NCBI GenBank assembly: GCA_964016885.1
Contig: OZ024759.1
Coordinates: 23,994,001 to 24,058,000 of the forward strand
DNA: 64,000 nt
Source of the DNA: Eledone cirrhosa
Lineage: Eukaryota
Direction of reading: 5' to 3'
The notes beneath the pieces are model-generated. The model made no database searches and had not been told where the DNA came from. It worked only from the letters and a program-made list of their open reading frames with translations. The translations under genes and the position numbers were made by a program. Shown one piece after another: positions 41,769 through 56,100 of this stretch (positions are counted from its first letter, which is position 1; each line of letters starts with the position of its first letter).

Positions 41769-44700
41769 ATGTGCTTTAACACTTTGAGCCCAGTTTACTT
41801 CGATATATCTCTATATATCTCTATCTTCCTTTTAACGGAAAACACCATGCTGTCTGGCTATCTCTCACCCAATCTACCTCATACTCTCTACCTCTTTTTG
41901 AGTAATCCCTTGCTTGTCTTTCAAGCAAGTTGGTCTTTGCTCCTATGGACATATAAACCTTTACACTATCTCATAATCATTCCTATATTCGTCTTTCCAA
42001 GTCATGTGCTTTCACACTTTGAGCCCAGTTTACTTCGATATATCTCTATATATCTCTATTTTCCTTTTAACGGAAAACACCATGCTGTCTGGCTATCTCT
42101 CTCCCAATCTACCTCATACTCTCTACCTCTTTTTGAGTAATCCCTTGCTTGTCTTTCAAGCAAGTTGGTCTTTACTCCTATGGACGTATAAACCTTTACA
42201 CTATCTCATAACCATTCCTATATTCGTCTTTCCAAGTCATGTGCTTTCACACTTTGAGCCCAGTTTACTTCGATATATCTCTATATATCTCTATATTCCT
42301 TTTAACGGAAAACACCATGCTGTCTGGCTATCTCTCTCCCAATCTACCTCATACTCTCTACCACTTTTTGAGTAATCCCTTGCTTGTCTTTCAAGCAAGT
42401 TGGTCTTTGCTCCTATGGACGTATAAACCTTTACACTATCTCATAACCATTCCTATATTCGTCTTTCCAAAACATGTGCTTTAACACTTTGAGCCCAGTT
42501 TACTTCGATATATCCCTATATATCTCTATTTTCCTTTTAACGGAAAACACCATGCTGTCTGGCTCACTCTCTCCCTTATCTACCTCATGCGATCTACCTC
42601 TTTTTGAGTAATCCCTTGCTTGTCTTTCAAGCAAGTTGGTCTTTACTCCTATGGACGTATAAACTTTTACACTATCTCATAACCATTCCTATATTCGTCT
42701 TTCCAAGTCATGTGCTTTCACACTTTGAGCCCAGTTTACTTCGATATATCTCTAGATATCTCTATCTTCCTTTTAACGGAAAACACCATGCTGTCTGGCT
42801 ATCTCTCACCCAATCTACCTCATACTCTCTACCTCTTTTTGAGTAATCCCTTGCTTGTCTTTCAAGCAAGTTGGTCTTTACTCCTATGGACGTATAAACC
42901 TTTACACTATCTCATAACCATTCCTATATTCGTCTTCCCAAGTCATGTGCTTCCACACTTTGAGCCCAGTTTACTTCGATATATCCCTATATATCTCTAT
43001 TTTCCTTTTAACGGAAAACACCATGCTGTCTGGCTATCTCTCTCCCAATCTACCTCATACTCTCTACCTCTTTTTGAGTAATCCCTTGCTTGTCTTTCAA
43101 GCAAGTTGGTCTTTACTCCTATGGACGTATAAACCTTTACACTATCACATAACCATTCCTATATTCGTCTTTCCAAGTCATGTGCTTTCACACTTTGAGC
43201 CCAGTTTACTTCGATATATCTCTATATATCTCTATTTTCCTTTTAACGGAAAACACCATGCGGTCTGGCTATCTCTCTCCCAATCTACCTCATACTCTCT
43301 ACCACTTTTTGAGTAATCCCTTGCTTGTCTTTCAAGCAAGTTGGTCTTTGCTCCTATGGACGTATAAACCTTTACACTATCTCATAACCATTCCTATATT
43401 CGTCTTCCCAAGTCATGTGCTTTCACACTTTGAGCCCAGTTTACTTCGATATATCCCTATATATCTCTATTTTCCTTTTAACGGAAAACACCATGCTGTC
43501 TGGCTATCTCTCTCCCAATCTACCTCATACTCTCTACCTCTTTTTGAGTAATCCCTTGCTTGTCTTTCAAGCAAGTTGGTCTTTACTCCTATGGACGTAT
43601 AAACCTTTACACTATCTCATAACCATTCCTATATTCGTCTTTCCAAAACATGTGCTTTAACACTTTGAGCCCAGTTTACTTCGATATATCTCTATATATC
43701 TCTATCTTCCTTTTAACGGAAAACACCATGCTGTCTGGCTATCTCTCACCCAATCTACCTCATACTCTCTACCTCTTTTTGAGTAATCCCTTGCTTGTCT
43801 TTCAAGCAAGTTGGTCTTTGCTCCTATGGACATATAAACCTTTACACTATCTCATAATCATTCCTATATTCGTCTTTCCAAGTCATGTGCTTTCACACTT
43901 TGAGCCCAGTTTACTTCGATATATCTCTATATATCTCTATTTTCCTTTTAACGGAAAACACCATGCTGTCTGGCTATCTCTCTCCCAATCTACCTCATAC
44001 TCTCTACCTCTTTTTGAGTAATCCCTTGCTTGTCTTTCAAGCAAGTTGGTCTTTACTCCTATGGACGTATAAACCTTTACACTATCTCATAACCATTCCT
44101 ATATTCGTCTTTCCAAGTCATGTGCTTTCACACTTTGAGCCCAGTTTACTTCGATATATCTCTATATATCTCTATATTCCTTTTAACGGAAAACACCATG
44201 CTGTCTGGCTATCTCTCTCCCAATCTACCTCATACTCTCTACCACTTTTTGAGTAATCCCTTGCTTGTCTTTCAAGCAAGTTGGTCTTTGCTCCTATGGA
44301 CGTATAAACCTTTACACTATCTCATAACCATTCCTATATTCGTCTTTCCAAAACATGTGCTTTAACACTTTGAGCCCAGTTTACTTCGATATATCCCTAT
44401 ATATCTCTATTTTCCTTTTAACGGAAAACACCATGCTGTCTGGCTCACTCTCTCCCTTATCTACCTCATGCGATCTACCTCTTTTTGAGTAATCCCTTGC
44501 TTGTCTTTCAAGCAAGTTGGTCTTTACTCCTATGGACGTATAAACTTTTACACTATCTCATAACCATTCCTATATTCGTCTTTCCAAGTCATGTGCTTTC
44601 ACACTTTGAGCCCAGTTTACTTCGATATATCTCTAGATATCTCTATCTTCCTTTTAACGGAAAACACCATGCTGTCTGGCTATCTCTCACCCAATCTACC

Positions 44701-45526
44701 TCATACTCTCTACCTCTTTTTGAGTAATCCCTTGCTTGTCTTTCAAGCAAGTTGGTCTTTACTCCTATGGACGTATAAACCTTTACACTATCTCATAACC
44801 ATTCCTATATTCGTCTTCCCAAGTCATGTGCTTCCACACTTTGAGCCCAGTTTACTTCGATATATCCCTATATATCTCTATTTTCCTTTTAACGGAAAAC
44901 ACCATGCTGTCTGGCTATCTCTCTCCCAATCTACCTCATACTCTCTACCTCTTTTTGAGTAATCCCTTGCTTGTCTTTCAAGCAAGTTGGTCTTTACTCC
45001 TATGGACGTATAAACCTTTACACTATCACATAACCATTCCTATATTCGTCTTTCCAAGTCATGTGCTTTCACACTTTGAGCCCAGTTTACTTCGATATAT
45101 CTCTATATATCTCTATTTTCCTTTTAACGGAAAACACCATGCGGTCTGGCTATCTCTCTCCCAATCTACCTCATACTCTCTACCACTTTTTGAGTAATCC
45201 CTTGCTTGTCTTTCAAGCAAGTTGGTCTTTGCTCCTATGGACGTATAAACCTTTACACTATCTCATAACCATTCCTATATTCGTCTTCCCAAGTCATGTG
45301 CTTTCACACTTTGAGCCCAGTTTACTTCGATATATCCCTATATATCTCTATTTTCCTTTTAACGGAAAACACCATGCTGTCTGGCTATCTCTCTCCCAAT
45401 CTACCTCATACTCTCTACCTCTTTTTGAGTAATCCCTTGCTTGTCTTTCAAGCAAGTTGGTCTTTACTCCTATGGACGTATAAACCTTTACACTATCTCA
45501 TAACCATTCCTATATTCGTCTTTCCA
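41769..45526. repeat. Tandem duplication of an 8-monomer block (1881 bp x2)
   Basis: Four rare SNPs recur at +1881: ctctaGatat (ORFs 42710/44591), cttCcacac, tatcAcata (42945/44826) and atgcGgtct (43180/45061). Confidence 0.92.
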
Positions 45527-48500
45527 AGTCATGTGCTTTCACACTTTGAGCCCAGTTTACTTCGATATATCTCTATATATCTCTATTTTCCTTTTAACGG
45601 AAAACACCATGCTGTCTGGCTATCTCTCTCCCAATCTACCTCATACTCTCTACCACTTTTTGAGTAATCCCTTGCTTGTCTTTCAAGCAAGTTGGTCTTT
45701 GCTCCTATGGACGTATAAACCTTTACACTATCTCATAACCATTCCTATATTCGTCTTTCCAAAACATGTGCTTTAACACTTTGAGCCCAGTTTACTTCGA
45801 TATATCCCTATATATCTCTATTTTCCTTTTAACGGAAAACACCATGCTGTCTGGCTCACTCTCTCCCTTATCTACCTCATGCGATCTACCTCTTTTTGAG
45901 TAATCCCTTGTTTGTCTTTCAAGCAAGTTGGTCTTTACACCTATGGACGTATAAACTTTTACACTATCTCATAACCATTCCTATATTCGTCTTTCCAAGT
46001 CATGTGCTTTCACACTTTGAGCCCAGTTTACTTCGATATATCCCTATATATCTCTATTTTCCTTTTAACGGAAAACACCATGCTGTCTGGCTATCTCTCT
46101 CCCAATCTACCTCATACTCTCTACCTCTTTTTGAGTAATCCCTTGCTTGTCTTTCAAGCAAGTTGGTCTTTACTCCTATGGACGTATAAACCTTTACACT
46201 ATCTCATAACCATTCCTATATTCGTCTTTCCAAGTCATGTGCTTTCACACTTTGAGCCCAGTTTACTTCGATATATCTCTATATATCTCTATTTTCCTTT
46301 TAACGGAAAACACCATGCTGTCTGGCTCACTCTCTCCCTTATCTACCTCATGCGATCTACCTCTTTTTGAGTAATCCCTTGCTTGTCTTTCAAGCAAGTT
46401 GGTCTTTACTCCTATGGACGTATAAACTTTTACACTATCTCATAACCATTCCTATATTCGTCTTTCCAAGTCATGTGCTTTCACACTTTGAGCCCAGTTT
46501 ACTTCGATATATCTCTATATATCTCTATCTTCCTTTTAACGGAAAACACCATGCTGTCTGGCTATCTGTCACCCAATCTACCTCATACTCTCTACCTCTT
46601 TTTGAGTAATCCCTTGCTTGTCTTTCAAGCAAGTTGGTCTTTACTCCTATGGACGTATAAACCTTTACACTATCTCATAACCATTCCTATATTTGTCTTT
46701 CCAAGTCATGTGCTTTCACACTTTGAGCCCAGTTTACTTCGATATATCCCTATATATCTCTATTTTCCTTTTAACGGAAAACACCATGCTGTCTGGCTAT
46801 CTCTCTCCCAATCTACCTCATACTCTCTACCTCTTTTTGAGTAATCCCTTGCTTGTCTTTCAAGCAAGTTGGTCTTTACTCCTATGGACGTATAAACCTT
46901 TACACTATCTCATAACCATTCCTATATTCGTCTTTCCAAGTCATGTGCTTTAACACTTTGAGCCCAGTTTACTTCGATATATCCCTATATATCTCTATTT
47001 TCCTTTTAACGGAAAACACCATGCTGTCTGGCTCTCTCTCTCCCTTATCTACCTCATGCGATCTACCTCTTTTTGAGTAATTCCTTGCTTGTCTTTCAAG
47101 CAAGTTGCTCATTACTCCTATGGACGTATAAACCTTTACGCTATCTCATAACCACTCCTATATTGGTCTTTCCAAGTCATGTGCTTTAACACTTTGATCG
47201 CAGTTTACTTCGATATATCCCTATATATCTCTATTTTCCTTTTAACGGAAAACACCTTGCTGTCTGGCTATCTCTCTCCCAATCTACCTCATACTCTCTA
47301 CCTCTTTTTGAGTAATCCCTTGCTTGTCTTTCAAGCAAGTTGGTCTTTACTCCTATGGACGTATAAACCTTTACACTATCTCATAACCATTCCTATATTC
47401 GTCTTTCCAAAACATGTGCTTTAACACTTTGAGCCCAGTTTACTTCGATATATCTCTATATATCTCTATCTTCCTTTTAACGGAAAACACCATGCTGTCT
47501 GGCTATCTCTCACCCAATCTACCTCATACTCTCTACCTCTTTTTGAGTAATCCCTTGCTTGTCTTTCAAGCAAGTTGGTCTTTGCTCCTATGGACGTATA
47601 AACCTTTACACTATCTCATAATCATTCCTATATTCGTCTTTCCAAGTCATGTGCTTTCACACTTTGAGCCCAGTTTACTTCGATATATCTCTATATATCT
47701 CTATTTTCCTTTTAACGGAAAACACCATGCTGTCTGGCTATCTCTCTCCCAATCTACCTCATACTCTCTACCTCTTTTTGAGTAATCCCTTGCTTGTCTT
47801 TCAAGCAAGTTGGTCTTTACTCCTATGGACGTATAAACCTTTACACTATCTCATAACCATTCCTATATTCGTCTTTCCAAGTCATGTGCTTTCACACTTC
47901 GAGCCCAGTTTACTTCGATATATCCCTATATATCTCTATTTTCCTTTTAACGGAAAACACCATGCTGTCTGGCTATCTCTCTCCCAATCTACCTCATACT
48001 CTCTACCTCTTTTTGAGTAATCCCTTGCTTGTCTTTCAAGCAAGTTGGTCTTTACTCCTATGGACGTATAAACCTTTACACTATCTCATAACCATTCCTA
48101 TATTCGTCTTTCCAAGTCATGTGCTTTCACACTTTGAGCCCAGTTTACTTCGATATATCTCTATATATCTCTATCTTCCTTTTAACGGAAAACACCATGC
48201 TGTCTGGCTATCTCTCTCCCAATCTACCTCATACTCTCTACCTCTTTTTGAGTAATCCCTTGCTTGTCTTTCAAGCAAGTTGGTCTTTACTCCTATGGAC
48301 GTATAAACCTTTACACTATCTCATAACCATTCCTATATTCGTCTTTCCAAGTCATGTGCTTTCACACTTTGAGCCCAGTTTACTTCGATATATCCCTATA
48401 TATCTCTATTTTCCTTTTAACGGAAAACACCATGCTGTCTCGCTATCTCTCTCCCAATCTACCTCATACTCTCTACCTCTTTTTGAGTAATCCCTTGCTT

Positions 48501-50759
48501 GTCTTTCAAGCAAGTTGGTCTTTACTCCTATGGACGTATAAACCTTTACACTATCTCATAACCATTCCTATATTCGTCTTTCCAAGTCATGTGCTTTCAC
48601 ACTTTGAGCCCAGTTTACTTCGATATATCCCTATATATCTCTATTTTCCTTTTAACGGAAAACACCATGCTGTCTGGCTATCTCTCTCCCAATCTACCTC
48701 ATACTCTCTACCTCTTTTTGAGTAATCCCTTGCTTGTCTTTCAAGCAAGTTGGTCTTTACTCCTATGGACGTATAAACCTTTACACTATCTCATAACCAT
48801 TCCTATATTCGTCTTTCCAAGTCATGTGCTTTCACACTTTGAGCCCAGTTTACTTCGATATATCCCTATATATCTCTATTTTCCTTTTAACGGAAAACAC
48901 CATGCTGTCTCGCTATCTCCCTCCCAATCTACCTCATACTCTCTACCACTTTTTGTGTAATCCCTTGCTTGTCTTTCAAGCAAGTTGGTCTTTGCTCCTA
49001 TGGACGTATAAACCTTTACACTATCTCATAACCATTCCTATATTCGTCTTTCCAAAACATGTGCTTTAACACTTTGAGCCCAGTTTACTTCGATATATCC
49101 CTATATATCTCTATTTTCCTTTTAACGGAAAACACCATGCTGTCTGGCTCACTCTCTCCCTTATCTACCTCATGCGATCTACCTCTTTTTGAGTAATCCC
49201 TTGCTTGTCTTTCAAGCAAGTTGGTCTTTACTCCTATGGACGTATAAACTTTTACACTATCTCATAACCATTCCTATATTCGTCTTTCCAAGTCATGTGC
49301 TTTAACACTTTGAGCCCAGTTTACTTCGATATATCTCTATATATCTCTATCTTCCTTTTAACGGAAAACACCATGCTGTCTGGCTATCTCTCACCCAATC
49401 TACCTCATACTCTCTACCTCTTTTTGAGTACTCCCTTGCTTGTCTTTCAAGCAAGTTGGTCTTTACTCCTATGGACGTATAAACCTTTACACTATCTCAT
49501 AACCATTCCTATATTCGTCTTTCCAAGTCATGTGCTTTCACACTTTGAGCCCAGTTTACTTCGATATATCCCTATATATCTCTATTTTCCTTTTAACGGA
49601 AAACACCATGCTGTCTGGCTATCTCTCTCCCAATCTACCTCATACTCTCTACCACTTTTTGAGTAATCCCTTGCTTGTCTTTCAAGCAAGTTGGTCTTTG
49701 CTCCTATGGACGTATAAACCTTTACACTATCTCATAACCATTCCTATATTCGTCTTTCCAAAACATGTGCTTTAACACTTTGAGCCCAGTTTACTTCGAT
49801 ATATCCCTATATATCTCTATTTTCCTTTTAACGGAAAACACCATGCTGTCTGGCTATCTCTCTCCCAATCTACCTCATACTCTCTACCACTTTTTGAGTA
49901 ATCCCTTGCTTGTCTTTCAAGCAAGTTGGTCTTTGCTCCTATGGACGTATAAACCTTTACACTATCTCATAACCATTCCTATATTCGTCTTTCCAAAACA
50001 TGTGCTTTAACACTTTGAGCCCAGTTTACTTCGATATATCCCTATATATCTCTATTTTCCTTTTAACGGAAAACACCATGCTGTCTGGCTATCTCTCTCC
50101 CAATCTACCTCATACTCTCTACCTCTTTTTGAGTAATCCCTTGCTTGTCTTTCAAGCAAGTTGGTCTTTACTCCTATGGACGTATAAACCTTTACACTAT
50201 CTCATAACCATTCCTATATTCGTCTTTCCAAGTCATGTGCTTTCACACTTTGAGCCCAGTTTACTTCGATATATCTCTATATATCTCTATTTTCCTTTTA
50301 ACGGAAAACACCATGCTGTCTGGCTATCTCTCTCCCAATCTACCTCATACTCTCTACCACTTTTTGAGTAATCCCTTGCTTGTCTTTCAAGCAAGTTGGT
50401 CTTTACTCCTATGGACGTATAAACCTTTACACTATCTCATAACCATTCCTATATTCGTCTTTCCAAAACATGTGCTTTAACACTTTGAGCCCAGTTTACT
50501 TCGATATATCCCTATATATCTCTATTTTCCTTTTAACGGAAAACACCATGCTGTCTGGCTCACTCTCTCCCTTATCTACCTCATGCGATCTACCTCTTTT
50601 TGAGTAATCCCTTGCTTGTCTTTCAAGCAAGTTGGTCTTTGCTCCTATGGACGTATAAACCTTTACACTATCTCATAATCATTCCTATATTCGTCTTTCC
50701 AAGTCATGTGCTTTCACACTTTGAGCCCAGTTTACTTCGATATATCTCTATATATCTCT

Positions 50760-53180
50760 ATTTTCCTTTTAACGGAAAACACCATGCTGTCTGGCTATCT
50801 CTCTCCCAATCTACCTCATACTCTCTACCTCTTTTTGAGTAATCCCTTGCTTGGCTTTCAAGCAAGTTGGTCTTTACTCCTATGGACGTATAAACCTTTA
50901 CACTATCTCATAACCATTCCTATATTCGTCTTTCCAAGTCATGTGCTTTCACACTTTGAGCCCAGTTTACTTCGATATATCTCTATATATCTCTATTTTC
51001 CTTTTAACGGAAAACACCATGCTGTCTGGCTATCTCTCTCCCAATCTACCTCATACTCTCTACCACTTTTTGAGTAATCCCTTGCTTGTCTTTCAAGCAA
51101 GTTGGTCTTTGCTCCTATGGACGTATAAACCTTTACACTATCTCATAACCATTCCTATATTCGTCTTTCCAAAACATGTGCTTTAACACTTTGAGCCCAG
51201 TTTACTTCGATATATCCCTATATATCTCTATTTTCCTTTTAACGGAAAACACCATGCTGTCTGGCTATCTCTCTCCCAATCTACCTCATACTCTCTACCA
51301 CTTTTTGAGTAATCCCTTGCTTGTCTTTCAAGCAAGTTGGTCTTTACTCCTATGGACGTATAAACCTTTACACTATCTCATAACCCTTCCTATATTCGTC
51401 TTTCCAAAACATGTGCTTTAACACTTTGAGCCCAGTTTACTTCGATATATCCCTATATATCTCTATTTTCCTTTTAACGGAAAACACCATGCTGTCTGGC
51501 TCACTCTCTCCCTTATCTACCTCATGCGATCTACCTCTTTTTGAGTAATCCCTTGCTTGTCTTTCAAGCCAGTTGGTCTTTACTCCTATGGACGTATAAA
51601 CTTTTACACTATCTCATAACCATTCCTATATTCGTCTTTCCAAGTCATGTGCTTTCACACTTTGAGCCCAGTTTACTTCGATATATCTCTATATATCGCT
51701 ATCTTCCTTTTAACGGAAAACACCATGCTGTCTGGCTATCTCTCACCCAATCTACCTCATACTCTCTACCTCTTTTTGAGTACTCCCTTGCTTGTCTTTC
51801 AAGCAAGTTGGTCTTTACTCCTATGGACGTATAAACCTTTACACTATCTCATAACCATTCCTATATTCGTCTTTCCAAGTCATGTGCTTTCACACTTTGA
51901 GCCCAGTTTACTTCGATATATCCCTATATATCTCTATTTTCCTTTTAACGGAAAACACCATGCTGTCTGGCTATCTCTCTCCCAATCTACCTCATACTCT
52001 CTACCTCTTTTTGAGTAATCCCTTGCTTGGCTTTCAAGCAAGTTGGTCTTTACTCCTATGGACGTATAAACCTTTACACTATCTCATAACCATTCCTATA
52101 TTCGTCTTTCCAAGTCATGTGCTTTCACACTTTGAGCCCAGTTTACTTCGATATATCTCTATATATCTCTATTTTCCTTTTAACGGAAAACACCATGCTG
52201 TCTGGCTATCTCTCTCCCAATCTACCTCATACTCTCTACCACTTTTTGAGTAATCCCTTGCTTGTCTTTCAAGCAAGTTGGTCTTTGCTCCTATGGACGT
52301 ATAAACCTTTACACTATCTCATAACCATTCCTATATTCGTCTTTCCAAAACATGTGCTTTAACACTTTGAGCCCAGTTTACTTCGATATATCCCTATATA
52401 TCTCTATTTTCCTTTTAACGGAAAACACCATGCTGTCTGGCTATCTCTCTCCCAATCTACCTCATACTCTCTACCACTTTTTGAGTAATCCCTTGCTTGT
52501 CTTTCAAGCAAGTTGGTCTTTACTCCTATGGACGTATAAACCTTTACACTATCTCATAACCCTTCCTATATTCGTCTTTCCAAAACATGTGCTTTAACAC
52601 TTTGAGCCCAGTTTACTTCGATATATCCCTATATATCTCTATTTTCCTTTTAACGGAAAACACCATGCTGTCTGGCTCACTCTCTCCCTTATCTACCTCA
52701 TGCGATCTACCTCTTTTTGAGTAATCCCTTGCTTGTCTTTCAAGCCAGTTGGTCTTTACTCCTATGGACGTATAAACTTTTACACTATCTCATAACCATT
52801 CCTATATTCGTCTTTCCAAGTCATGTGCTTTCACACTTTGAGCCCAGTTTACTTCGATATATCTCTATATATCGCTATCTTCCTTTTAACGGAAAACACC
52901 ATGCTGTCTGGCTATCTCTCACCCAATCTACCTCATACTCTCTACCTCTTTTTGAGTACTCCCTTGCTTGTCTTTCAAGCAAGTTGGTCTTTACTCCTAT
53001 GGACGTATAAACCTTTACACTATCTCATAACCATTCCTATATTCGTCTTTCCAAGTCATGTGCTTTCACACTTTGAGCCCAGTTTACTTCGATATATCCC
53101 TATATATCTCTATTTTCCTTTTAACGGAAAACACCATGCTGTCTGGCTATCTCTCTCCCAATCTACCTCATACTCTCTAC
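50760..53180. repeat. Tandem duplication of a 5-monomer block (1176 bp x2)
   Basis: Markers at +1176: gcttgGcttt (ORFs 50706/51882), aaccCttcc (51176/52352), caagcCag and atatcGctat (51647/52823). Confidence 0.92.
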
Positions 53181-56100
53181 CTCTTTTTGAGTAATCCCTT
53201 GCTTGTCTTTCAAGCAAGTTGGTCTTTACTCCTATGGACGTATAAACCTTTACACTATCTCATAACCATTCCTATATTCGTCTTTCCAAGTCATGTGCTT
53301 TCACACTTTGAGCCCAGTTTACTTCGATATATCTCTATATATCTCTATTTTCCTTTTAACGGAAAACACCATGCTGTCTGGCTATCTCTCTCCCAATCTA
53401 CCTCATACTCTCTACCACTTTTTGAGTAATCCCTTGCTTGTCTTTCAAGCAAGTTGGTCTTTACTCCTATGGACGTATAAACCTTTACACTATCTCATAA
53501 CCATTCCTATATTCGTCTTTCCAAAACATGTGCTTTAACACTTTGAGCCCAGTTTACTTCGATATATCCCTATATATCTCTATTTTCCTTTTAACGGAAA
53601 ACACCATGCTGTCTGGCTCACTCTCTTCCTTATCTACCTCATGCGATCTACCTCTTTTTGAGTAATCCCTTGCTTGTCTTTCAAGCCAGTTGGTCTTTAC
53701 TCCTATGGACGTATAAACTTTTACACTATCTCATAACCATTCCTATATTCGTCTTTCCAAGTCATGTGCTTTCACACTTTGAGCCCAGTTTACTTCGATA
53801 TATCTCTATATATCTCTATCTTCCTTTTAACGGAAAACACCATGCTGTCTGGCTAACTCTCACCCAATCTACCTCATACTCTCTACCTCTTTTTGAGTAC
53901 TCCCTTGCTTGTCTTTCAAGCAAGTTGGTCTTTACTCCTATGGACGTATAAACCTTTACACTATCTCATAACCATTCCTATATTCGTCTTTCCAAGTCAT
54001 GTGCTTTCACACTTTGAGCCCAGTTTACTTCGATATATCCCTATATATCTCTATTTTCCTTTTAACGGAAAACACCATGCTGTCTGGCTATCTCTCTCCC
54101 AATCTACCTCATACTCTCTACCTCTTTTTGAGTAATCCCTTGCTTGTCTTTCAAGCAAGTTGGTCTTTACTCCTATGGACGTATAAACATTTACACTATC
54201 TCATAACCATTCCTATATTCGTCTTTCCAAGTCATGTGCTTTAACACTTTGAGCCCAGTTTACTTCGATATATCTCTATATATCTCTATTTTCCTTTTAA
54301 CGGAAAACACCATGCTGTCTGGCTATCTCTCTCCCAATCTACCTCATACTCTCTACCACTTTTTGAGTAATCCCTTGCTTGTCTTTCAAGCAAGTTGGTC
54401 TTTACTCCTATGGACGTATAAACCTTTACACTATCTCATAACCATTCCTATATTCGTCTTTCCAAAACATGTGCTTTAACACTTTGAGCCCAGTTTACTT
54501 CGATATATCCCTATACATCTCTATTTTCCTTTTAACGGAAAACACCATGCTGTCTGGCTCTCTCTCTCCCTTATCTACCTCATGCGATCTACCTCTTTTT
54601 GAGTAATTCCTTGCTTGTCTTTCAAGCAAGTTGGTCATTACTCCTATGGACGTATAAACCTTTACGCTATCTCATAACCACTCCTATATTGGTCTTTCCA
54701 AGTCATGTGCTTTAACACTTTGATCCCAGTTTACTTCGATATATCCCTATATATCTCTATTTTCCTTTTAACGGAAAACACCTTGCTGTCTGGCTATCTC
54801 TCTCCCAATCTACCTCATACTCTCTACCTCTTTTTGAGTAATCCCTTGCTTGTCTTTCAAGCAAGTTGGTCTTTACTCCTATGGACGTATAAACCTTTAC
54901 ACTATCTCATAACCATTCCTATATTCGTCTTTCCAAAACATGTGCTTTAACACTTTGAGCCCAGTTTACTTCGATATATCTCTATATATCTCTATCTTCC
55001 TTTTAACGGAAAACACCATGCTGTCTGGCTATCTCTCACCCAATCTACCTCATACTCTCTACCTCTTTTTGAGTAATCCCTTGCTTGTCTTTCAAGCAAG
55101 TTGGTCTTTGCTCCTATGGACGTATAAACCTTTACACTATCTCATAATCATTCCTATATTCGTCTTTCCAAGTCATGTGCTTTCACACTTTGAGCCCAGT
55201 TTACTTCGATATATCTCTATATATCTCTATTTTCCTTTTAACGGAAAACACCATGCTGTCTGGCTATCTCTCTCCCAATCTACCTCATACTCTCTACCAC
55301 TTTTTGAGTAATCCCTTGCTTGTCTTTCAAGCAAGTTGGTCTTTGCTCCTATGGACGTATAAACCTTTACACTATCTCATAACCATTCCTATATTCGTCT
55401 TTCCAAAACATGTGCTTTAACACTTTGAGCCCAGTTTACTTCGATATATCCCTATATATCTCTATTTTCCTTTTAACGGAAAACACCATGCTGTCTGGCT
55501 CACTCTCTCCCTTATCTACCTCATGCGATCTACCTCTTTTTGAGTAATCCCTTGCTTGTCTTTCAAGCAAGTTGGTCTTTACTCCTATGGACGTATAAAC
55601 TTTTACACTATCTCATAACCATTCCTATATTCGTCTTTCCAAGTCATGTGCTTTCACACTTTGAGCCCAGTTTACTTCGATATATCTCTATATATCTCTA
55701 TCTTCCTTTTAACGGAAAACACCATGCTGTCTGGCTATCTCTCACCCAATCTACCTCATACTCTCTACCTCTTTTTGAGTAATCCCTTGCTTGTCTTTCA
55801 AGCAAGTTGGTCTTTACTCCTATGGACGTATAAACCTTCACACTATCTCATAACCATTCCTATATTCGTCTTTCCAAGTCATGTGCTTTCACACTTTGAG
55901 CCCAGTTTACTTCGATATATCCCTATATATCTCTATTTTCCTTTTAACGGAAAACACCATGCTGTCTGGCTATCTCTCTCCCAATCTACCTCATAATCTC
56001 TACCTCTTTTTGAGTAATCCCTTGCTTGTCTTTCAAGCAAGTTGGTCTTTACTCCTATGGACGTATAAACCTTCACACTATCTCATAACCATTCCTATAT

